A stretch of 18,143 nucleotides of DNA from a virus. The notes under the pieces were generated by a model. The model saw nothing but the letters and a program-made list of their open reading frames with translations, ran no database searches and was not told the origin of the DNA. The number at the start of each line of letters is the position of its first letter. Position 1 is the first letter of the stretch. Made by a program: the position numbers and the translations under genes. The DNA lies in the IMG/VR virus record IMGVR_UViG_3300045988_098312, positions 1 to 18,143 of that record. One strand, 5' to 3'. Positions 1 through 5,715 of this stretch are shown piece by piece.

Positions 1-119
1 CATCACAATGTTCCACGTGAAACAATGACCCACACGGGCACGTAGTGGATTATGTGAAATTACAAAAACACTTGTATTCTAGAATAGCTGTGCTATAATT
101 AGGGTACAAAGAAGGAGGG
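1..119. repeat. Left inverted terminal repeat (119 bp, perfect)
   Basis: Bases 1-119 equal the reverse complement of 18025-18143, compared base by base. The first mismatch is at position 120 (c) versus the complement of 18024 (t). Long ITRs at both ends together with TP and protein-primed DNAP genes indicate the ends and origins of a linear genome. Confidence 0.97.
72..99 (+). promoter_or_regulatory. Early promoter inside the left ITR
   Basis: TTGTAT (72-77), 16-nt spacer, TG-extended -10 TGcTATAAT (91-99). It is followed by SD GAAGGAGGG (111-119) and ATG at 128. The spacer contains the perfect palindrome ATTCTAGAAT (76-85). Confidence 0.7.
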
Positions 120-127
120 CAAAGAAA

Positions 128-385
128 ATGACATTAAAAGAAGTATATGACAATGTGATATTAAATAATTATAATGTCACTAGGGAGTCTATTAAATTGA
201 TTAATGTAGATGTATGTAAAAAGGACTTAGTGGTTAATTGTATTAGATCAATGCAAGCAATTTTAATTAATGCTGTTAAAGATGAAGGTATAACATGCAC
301 TGATTTTCAATACTTAAATTTACAGGTAGCTGATTTATGTGATGAATTACTTAAGTGTATTGATGGTGAATCTATTTTCTTATAA
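128..385 (+). CDS. Early protein, unknown function (85 aa)
   Basis: ATG lies 8 nt after SD GAAGGAGGG at the edge of the ITR. It is the first gene of the left early operon. No motif recognised. Confidence 0.7.
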   Translation: MTLKEVYDNVILNNYNVTRESIKLINVDVCKKDLVVNCIRSMQAILINAVKDEGITCTDFQYLNLQVADLCDELLKCIDGESIFL

Positions 386-403
386 TGTTAGGAGGTAAGT
401 GCT

Positions 404-682
404 ATGAAACATTATAGTATTAGAAACATTTGTATTGATTATGATGGTATTAGAAATGAGCAATATATTTCTAAAAGTAAATTAAAAAAAGTTGTATATA
501 ATTTCATTTATGGACAATTAAGTACATCTATGTTGGACCGAATGGAAAAACATAATATTAAGGTGAGTGTTTATTGGCACTATAGCTGGTGGCAACCTGT
601 TGTTTATATTCCTCCATTTTGTGATTATATTGATGTATTATATCAATTAGGTGATGATTTGGGGTTGTATCGTTATGAGTAG
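404..682 (+). CDS. Early protein, unknown function (92 aa)
   Basis: SD AGGAGG lies 8 nt upstream of the ATG. The gene is tightly packed after the previous ORF. Confidence 0.7.
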   Translation: MKHYSIRNICIDYDGIRNEQYISKSKLKKVVYNFIYGQLSTSMLDRMEKHNIKVSVYWHYSWWQPVVYIPPFCDYIDVLYQLGDDLGLYRYE

Positions 683-974
683 AATTTACAAACATTCACA
701 CAATCCAAGTAATATGACAATGGATAATATTAATAATATCGTTGATATTATAGAGACGTATTTATGTGATTATAAACTTGGTTTTCATCTAGTATATCAG
801 CGTAGTCATTTAATTAGAATGGATATTCGTAAATTAAATTCAAAGAGTGTAATAGCTAGTTATTCGTTTCGGTATAACACTATGACAATGTTTAAACGAA
901 AAGTTTTTCAGGGTGTTGTTTCACTTGGTGACATGATTCAAGAAAATGAAAGACGAGGATATAATTATGATTAG
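651..974 (+). CDS. Early protein, unknown function; start uncertain
   Basis: Open frame 651-974. Candidate starts are GTG 651, ATG 654 and ATG 675. ATG 675 overlaps the upstream stop region, with GGGG about 10 nt upstream. None has a strong SD. Confidence 0.55.
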   Translation: MMIWGCIVMSRIYKHSHNPSNMTMDNINNIVDIIETYLCDYKLGFHLVYQRSHLIRMDIRKLNSKSVIASYSFRYNTMTMFKRKVFQGVVSLGDMIQENERRGYNYD

Positions 975-1182
975 TAATTTAATCCTTGCAAGTTTTATAA
1001 TTTGGGTGGTATTATCTGTATACCAAATATACCAGCATTGCAAAGGAAACTTTAAATATTATAAAGTGTCAAACAGATACATAAATTTCATTATATTATT
1101 AATTATAATGTTAGTTATGTGGTTTGTATTAATAAATATGCAAATTGATGAATTATTGGAGGTGTGTCATGTAAAATATTAA
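967..1182 (+). CDS. Small early membrane protein (about 71 aa, two hydrophobic segments)
   Basis: ATG 967 is preferred over ATG 946 because GAGG lies about 8 nt upstream and it overlaps the stop of the previous ORF. Hydrophobic stretches are ISNLILASFIIWVVLSVY and INFIILLIIMLVMWFVLI. Confidence 0.6.
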   Translation: MISNLILASFIIWVVLSVYQIYQHCKGNFKYYKVSNRYINFIILLIIMLVMWFVLINMQIDELLEVCHVKY

Positions 1183-1304
1183 AGTGTTATGACTTCACTA
1201 AAAAGCGATGTAGGTTGTAAATTGTTATGCTGGTTACAAAATTAGACAACTTGAAATAAATTAATTGAAAAAGCAAAAGTTAAAATTAAAAGGAGAATAT
1301 TAAA

Positions 1305-1706
1305 ATGGAAAATTTAGGAAATGAAGTAATGGCAATGGAAAATACAGGGTTAGTTGTGACTGAGGACATGACTCATGAGCAACGTGTTAACTTATTCAAC
1401 GCGGTAAATAATGCGGAAGGTTTAAGCGATCAAGTAGGTAAGGACTTGTATTTGACAGGATATATCGTGCAAGATGTTGAAAAGGAAAATGAAAAAACAG
1501 GTGAGATTATCTGTAGTAAACTAATCACTGTAATTGATAAAGAAGGTAAGGCATATGCTACAAATAGTAAACCTTTCTTACAATCATTAAAGCAACTTAA
1601 ACAAGTATTTAACTATGATTGGACAAAAGAACCGGTGTGTGTGACAATCATTCAGAAAAAATCAAATTCAAGCTCGAATAAATATTTAAGCATGGCTGTA
1701 AAATAG
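1305..1706 (+). CDS. Single-stranded DNA-binding protein, phi29 p5-like
   Basis: Strong SD AAGGAG lies 8 nt upstream. The pattern along the length recalls phi29 p5: MEN.. N-terminus, ..FNA.., and a C-terminal V.V.Q..S....K.. motif. It sits directly upstream of TP and DNAP, as gene 5 does in phi29. It is followed by a strong terminator, consistent with a highly expressed product. Confidence 0.6.
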   Translation: MENLGNEVMAMENTGLVVTEDMTHEQRVNLFNAVNNAEGLSDQVGKDLYLTGYIVQDVEKENEKTGEIICSKLITVIDKEGKAYATNSKPFLQSLKQLKQVFNYDWTKEPVCVTIIQKKSNSSSNKYLSMAVK

Positions 1707-1717
1707 CCTAATAAAAT

Positions 1718-1749
1718 AAGGGTGTTAGCCAAACACCCTTTTATTTTTT
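1718..1749 (+). terminator. Intrinsic terminator between the SSB and TP genes
   Basis: Stem AAGGGTGTT (1718-1726) pairs with AACACCCTT (1732-1740), with a 5-nt loop, then TTATTTTTT. Confidence 0.75.
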
Positions 1750-1771
1750 GACTTAAAAGGGGGTGTTTAAA

Positions 1772-2605
1772 TTGGCTAAAATGAGAAAATCAAGCAAAGA
1801 CGTTAAGCGGTTAAGAAATGCTATAGCAAGTGCTAAGCGAACTGCCACAAGAGCACAAAACTTGGGGCAGGATGTTGTTTTTACGGATATACGAACAATA
1901 AAAGATTTTAATGATCGTAAGGAATTTAATAAATATTTAAAATCAATTGAGCGATTCAATAAAGAAAATAGATACATTGAAAATAGGTACGGTGTTGTTT
2001 TCAATCGTAACGATATTGAAAAGGCTAATAAGCTAGTGGATAAACAGAATAAGCAAAGAAAAAAACTAGCTAGAAGTGTTGGGTTAACGAAATTAAAAGA
2101 AACAAAAGGCGGTATCGCAACGGGTGTTAGTGTTAGAAATGCTCTTTCTGTTTTAAAAGATGACAGAGGCGGATTTTTTGAACCCGTCCACCATGTTAAT
2201 ATCCAGAGTTATAGATATCCTAAACAATTAGCTAATCGAATTGAAAGTTTAGAGGAAAATACTAAGAAGAAAAATAAAAAAATTACAAATTTAAGATTGA
2301 ATTACGAGACAGCTTTAGGGAAACATGTTAGAGGTAATATAATTACAGAAGAAGAAGCGAAAGAAATTTTAAAAGATATAAAATCTTTATCAGATAAAGA
2401 TTTTATAAAATGGTTTTACCAAGAGAGAAAAGCACTTAATACATTTAAATATCTAGATTTAAGCCGTGAGTATACAGAAAACCAAATGTTTGTTAACGAG
2501 CAACTTAGTCGAGCGTTAAAATCAGATATGGCAGATGTAAGAGAAAGTTTGGCGGTGTTTACCGGACGTGCCTATGTTAGCGGTGGTGTTGTTAAGTATA
2601 AATAA
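1772..2605 (+). CDS. Terminal protein (DNA-priming protein), phi29 p3-like
   Basis: It lies immediately upstream of the protein-primed DNAP and has a phi29-TP-like size. Remembered similarity to phi29 TP includes the segments ..DFNDRKEFNKY.., ..NRYGVV.., ..LRLNY.. and ..DKDFIKWFY... TTG 1772 sits 8 nt after AAAAGGGGG. GTG 1763 lies inside the SD, and ATG 1781 is an alternative start. Confidence 0.8.
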   Translation: MAKMRKSSKDVKRLRNAIASAKRTATRAQNLGQDVVFTDIRTIKDFNDRKEFNKYLKSIERFNKENRYIENRYGVVFNRNDIEKANKLVDKQNKQRKKLARSVGLTKLKETKGGIATGVSVRNALSVLKDDRGGFFEPVHHVNIQSYRYPKQLANRIESLEENTKKKNKKITNLRLNYETALGKHVRGNIITEEEAKEILKDIKSLSDKDFIKWFYQERKALNTFKYLDLSREYTENQMFVNEQLSRALKSDMADVRESLAVFTGRAYVSGGVVKYK

Positions 2606-2623
2606 TGTAAAGGGGGTTGTGGT

Positions 2624-4450
2624 ATGGCAAAGAAAAAAGAGCCTAAAGAGATTTGGGCGTGTGACTTTGAGACCACGACCGACCCTTTAGACTGTAGAGT
2701 TTGGGCATGGGGCGCAAGTTTTGTTGAAGATTCGAGTATAAAAGAATATGGCAATACTATAGATGGGTTTATTGATTGGTGTAAAGAAAAAACACGAAAA
2801 TTGTATTTTCACAATTTAGCATTCGATGGTGAGTTTATTGTAAGCTGGTTATTAAATAATGGCTATGAATATTCCGAGAAACCTAAAACCGGATGTTTTA
2901 AAACAATCATATCGAATACAGGTTTGTGGTATTCCATTGAAATATGGTGGAAGTATTCAATTTATCGGTCCACAAAAACAACTATATGGGATTCGTTTAA
3001 GTTAATTCCCTTTAGTATTAAAAAGATTGCGCATGATTTTAATTTACCAATACGAAAATTAAAATTAGACTATACAACAAAAAGAGAAAAAGGACACGAG
3101 TTAACCCCTCATGAAGTTGATTATTTGTTTAATGACATCGATATTGAAGGTATGGCATTGAATGAATGTTTTAAATTAGGATTTAATAAAATGACGGCGA
3201 CAAGCTGTAGTTTTGAGTCATTCAAGAAAACTTTGCCTATGGCGTTTGATAAAATATTCCCAACACTAGAAATGAATGTTGACAGAGATTTAAGACCGGC
3301 TTACGCTGGCGGTTTTGTTTGGGCTAATCCGGAACTAAAAGAACAAGAAATATCTCAAGGTATTGTATTTGATGTAAATTCACTTTTTCCATCACGTATG
3401 TACTATGAGAATTTACCTTATGAAACACCCATATATTTTGAGGGTAAATATCAACAGGATGACGAATATCCTTTATGGGTTGGCGTGATTAGTTTTGCGT
3501 TTGATATTAAAAAAGATCATATTCCTTGTATTTCACTAGATAAGTTTTCTCGGTTTTTTGGAAGTAAAAAATATGTAGATAGTTCAAACGGTGACATTGT
3601 GAGAATGACTGTCACGAGTGTTGATTGGCAGCTATTTAATGAACAATATGATATTTATGATGTTGAATTTCATAATGGGTATAAATTTAGAGGTTGTGTA
3701 GGTATTGCACGACAGTTTATTGATGAGCAAATGGAAGTTAAGAAAAATTCCAAAGGTGCGCAACGTTTCATTGCTAAAAGAAAAATGAACTCTGTTTATG
3801 GAAAATTCGCAACAAACCCAAATGTCACACCTAAAATTCCTTTCATTGATGAGGATGACGGTATTTTAAGACTTCATGACCCTATGTTTACAACGTTTGA
3901 AAATGGTGAGGTTAAAGAGGTCATTGACGAGCAGTTTAGAGATCCTATTTATTTGCCTTACGGCGAATTTGTAACAGCTTACGCACGTAAATATACAATA
4001 TCAACCGCACAAAAAGTAGGTATCCATAGAGTCGCATATATTGATACGGATTCAATACATCTAGTGGGTACACAAGTTCCGAACGCAATTAAAGATATTA
4101 TTGATGATAAAGAGTTAGGCTATTGGGGTCTAGAATCAATATTTAATAGGTCTTATTTTATTGGGGCTAAGTCTTATGTTGAAGAAATTGAAATCAGCTA
4201 TAAGGAATATGTAGAACATCAACAGGAGTATATAGATGAGAATGATTGTAAAGATAATCTTTATTATATTCGTGGCGGAGTATGTTATTATTTGAATGTA
4301 AAATGCGCTGGTATGACAGAGAAGGCGAAACAGAATGTAACATATGATAACTTTAGAGTTGGAAATGTTATTAATGACTGTTTAAAAAAGACGCACGTAC
4401 CCGGTGGCATTGTATTAGTAGATAGACAATTCAGTATTAAAAGTAGGTAA
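2624..4450 (+). CDS. Protein-primed family-B DNA polymerase, phi29 p2-like
   Basis: Exo motifs: Exo I DFETTT, Exo II HNLAFDGEFI, Exo III YLFNDIDI. Pol motifs: motif A DVNSLFPS, motif B KRKMNSVYGKF, motif C YIDTDS, and a K.Y motif GAKSYVE. The order and wording closely parallel the phi29 DNAP. Confidence 0.95.
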   Translation: MAKKKEPKEIWACDFETTTDPLDCRVWAWGASFVEDSSIKEYGNTIDGFIDWCKEKTRKLYFHNLAFDGEFIVSWLLNNGYEYSEKPKTGCFKTIISNTGLWYSIEIWWKYSIYRSTKTTIWDSFKLIPFSIKKIAHDFNLPIRKLKLDYTTKREKGHELTPHEVDYLFNDIDIEGMALNECFKLGFNKMTATSCSFESFKKTLPMAFDKIFPTLEMNVDRDLRPAYAGGFVWANPELKEQEISQGIVFDVNSLFPSRMYYENLPYETPIYFEGKYQQDDEYPLWVGVISFAFDIKKDHIPCISLDKFSRFFGSKKYVDSSNGDIVRMTVTSVDWQLFNEQYDIYDVEFHNGYKFRGCVGIARQFIDEQMEVKKNSKGAQRFIAKRKMNSVYGKFATNPNVTPKIPFIDEDDGILRLHDPMFTTFENGEVKEVIDEQFRDPIYLPYGEFVTAYARKYTISTAQKVGIHRVAYIDTDSIHLVGTQVPNAIKDIIDDKELGYWGLESIFNRSYFIGAKSYVEEIEISYKEYVEHQQEYIDENDCKDNLYYIRGGVCYYLNVKCAGMTEKAKQNVTYDNFRVGNVINDCLKKTHVPGGIVLVDRQFSIKSR

Positions 4451-4463
4451 TGAGGTTGATAAG

Positions 4464-4592
4464 GTGATAAGTGTTTTAACAAGTATATTGTATTATTTAT
4501 TTATGGCATTTTGTTGTTTAAGCGTAACATTTCTATTTGTTGTGTATATTATAGGAATGGGGTTAATGATTATTTGGATTATAAAGGAGTAG
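4464..4592 (+). CDS. Possible 42-aa hydrophobic micro-protein (not in the ORF track)
   Basis: GTG 4464 lies 8 nt after TGAGG. The translation is VISVLTSILYYLFMAFCCLSVTFLFVVYIIGMGLMIIWIIKE*. It fills the DNAP-to-next-gene gap exactly, and its stop lies within the SD of the next gene. Confidence 0.4.
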   Translation: MISVLTSILYYLFMAFCCLSVTFLFVVYIIGMGLMIIWIIKE

Positions 4593-4596
4593 AAAA

Positions 4597-5040
4597 ATGG
4601 AATTTATGTTTTTAATGATTTTAATATGCGTTATTTTGTTAACAGCTTTCAGTTTGGTTATATATTGCAAATATAAAGCATTAAGTGACAACTATAAATA
4701 TTTTAATAAAGAAATTGATAGTTTATCATATGAAGTTTATCATCGTGATAATGCAATATTTAAAAAGTGTGATAAGACTCTAAAAGAATTTAACGAGATC
4801 ATGTTTGGAAGTCCTCCACTTAAAAATAAAGTTGTAGTCGTAAGAAGTATAAAAGATTATGATTATTCAGCCTATCGAAAAGATATTGATATGTTAAACC
4901 AATATTTAGAAAATGGTTGGAGTATTGTGAATCATGAAACGAATGAGTTTGTTCACACATATATATTAGGTAAACCGCTGGCATGGTATGAAGAAAAAGA
5001 AGGTGATGAGGATGATGAGCGAGAAATCGAAACAGCATAG
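4597..5040 (+). CDS. Early membrane-anchored protein with an acidic C-terminus (147 aa)
   Basis: SD AAGGAG lies 7 nt upstream. The N-terminal TM segment is FMFLMILICVILLTAFSLVIYC, followed by a soluble domain and the tail EEKEGDEDDEREIETA. Confidence 0.75.
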   Translation: MEFMFLMILICVILLTAFSLVIYCKYKALSDNYKYFNKEIDSLSYEVYHRDNAIFKKCDKTLKEFNEIMFGSPPLKNKVVVVRSIKDYDYSAYRKDIDMLNQYLENGWSIVNHETNEFVHTYILGKPLAWYEEKEGDEDDEREIETA

Positions 5041-5197
5041 AAACCAATGGTATAGGGATAACGTAAATAAATATTGTGTTTGCGTCAATAAAAATGAAGT
5101 TGAAGTTGTTGGATATATTGAAGATTTATTGAAAAATAAAAAGTTTAGTCAATATGTTAAAGATAAAGTTAAAGAAGATTTGGCAAAAAGTAAATAG
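5012..5197 (+). CDS. Small basic protein, putative ribbon-helix-helix (Arc/CopG-like) DNA-binding protein
   Basis: ATG 5012 or 5015 follows AAGGTGATGAGG. The pattern ..RNQWYRDNVNKYCVCVNKNEVEVVGYIEDLL..FSQYVKDKVKEDL fits an N-terminal basic arm, a beta strand and two helices, as in small plasmid and phage RHH proteins. It overlaps the end of the previous gene in another frame. Confidence 0.5.
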   Translation: MMSEKSKQHRNQWYRDNVNKYCVCVNKNEVEVVGYIEDLLKNKKFSQYVKDKVKEDLAKSK

Positions 5198-5208
5198 CAT
5201 GCTAATAT
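5180..5208 (+). promoter_or_regulatory. Promoter for a non-coding unit
   Basis: TTGGCA (5180-5185), 17-nt spacer, TG-extended -10 TGcTAATAT (5200-5208). It straddles the stop codon (5195-5197) of the RHH-like ORF. Confidence 0.55.
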
Positions 5209-5214
5209 ATAAAC

Positions 5215-5368
5215 GTAAGGAATAAAGACAGGAAATCAGACATGTATGTTAGGTTTACTCGCGGTGAAACGTGCTAACAACATATATAGGAATAGTAAAC
5301 TAGCTGGTAACACTTTAAACTTTACAACCTATATTTATGAAACCCTCTTAAAAGAGGGTTTTATTTTA
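5215..5368 (+). ncRNA. Candidate structured small RNA of about 150 nt (possible prohead/packaging RNA analogue)
   Basis: It has its own promoter (5180-5208) and its own terminator (5341-5368). No ORF exceeds 11 codons. A bulged hairpin can be traced by hand: TGTTAG (5247-5252) pairs with CTAACA (5274-5279), and inside it GTTTAC (5253-5258) pairs with GT(G)AAAC (5264-5270). ATATAGG (5284-5290) is complementary to CCTATAT (5328-5334). Its position just after the replication and membrane-protein early genes matches where phi29 encodes pRNA. Confidence 0.4.
5341..5368 (+). terminator. Intrinsic terminator ending the left early operon and the ncRNA unit
   Basis: ACCCTC (5342-5347) pairs with GAGGGT (5354-5359). 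The stem can extend to AACCCTCTT/AAGAGGGTT. It is followed by TTTTATTTTAT. Confidence 0.8.
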
Positions 5369-5370
5369 TA

Positions 5371-5399
5371 TTGACTTTACAATATTAATAGAATATATT
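5371..5399 (+). promoter_or_regulatory. Late-operon promoter
   Basis: TTGACT (5371-5376), 17-nt spacer, TATATT (5394-5399). It lies directly after the early terminator and 24 nt before the scaffold gene ATG. Confidence 0.65.
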
Positions 5400-5422
5400 A
5401 GTAATAGAAGGGATGTGTAAAA

Positions 5423-5698
5423 ATGGAACGTGATGAATTACGAGAAAAGTTTACAGAGGTGTTGACTGTGGAAGATCAAGCGGAACGTTCAACTATGTTG
5501 AATGATATGCGCGCGGAAGTCGAAAAAACTTATACAGAGTTAGACAATTTGAAAGCCGAAAACACAAAATTAGTTGAAAAGAATACCTCATTAACAGAGG
5601 CAAACTCTAAACTATTTATGCAAATTGGTGTAGAAAAATCCGGTGGCGAAAAACCGAAACATGTTGCACCAATGGACTTACGAAAATTAGGTATTTAA
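5423..5698 (+). CDS. Scaffolding protein, phi29 gp7-like
   Basis: A 91-aa charged, coiled-coil-type sequence (..ELDNLKAENTKLVEKNTSLTEANSKL..) lies immediately upstream of the capsid gene, as gp7 lies before gp8 in phi29. Confidence 0.75.
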   Translation: MERDELREKFTEVLTVEDQAERSTMLNDMRAEVEKTYTELDNLKAENTKLVEKNTSLTEANSKLFMQIGVEKSGGEKPKHVAPMDLRKLGI

Positions 5699-5715
5699 TG
5701 AAAGAGGTGAATTAG

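Noticed and set aside
128-385. Possible distant paralogy between the first left-end protein (..TDFQYLNLQVADLCDELLKCI..) and the 80-aa right-end protein (..IDFEAYLELNELITYNLREVCRIV..).
   Set aside because: Only a handful of aligned residues in helical, Leu-rich segments match. That is not distinguishable from chance by eye and needs a profile or structure comparison.
1753-2004. Antisense or off-frame track ORFs: 1753-2004(-), 2572-2754(-), 4288-4482(-), 4820-5047(-), 5790-6011(-), 6798-7013(-), 13710-14000(-), 14719-14919(-) and 14487-14684(+).
   Set aside because: All are nested in strongly supported genes on the other strand or in another frame. They lack ribosome-binding sites and would oppose the operon direction.
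5242-5277. An 11-codon ORF (MYVRFTRGETC*) inside the candidate ncRNA, preceded by AGGAA.
   Set aside because: It is too short and unsupported. The ORF coincides with the two arms of the best hairpin, so I treat the region as RNA structure rather than coding. A leader-peptide role cannot be excluded.
5389-5395. The heptamer TAGAATA recurs at the ITR promoter (80-86), the late promoter (5389-5395) and upstream of 9548 (9521-9527), suggesting a shared operator half-site.
   Set aside because: In DNA this AT-rich a 7-mer of this composition is expected several times per strand by chance. Only the full 10-bp palindrome in the ITR promoter is retained, as a hypothesis.
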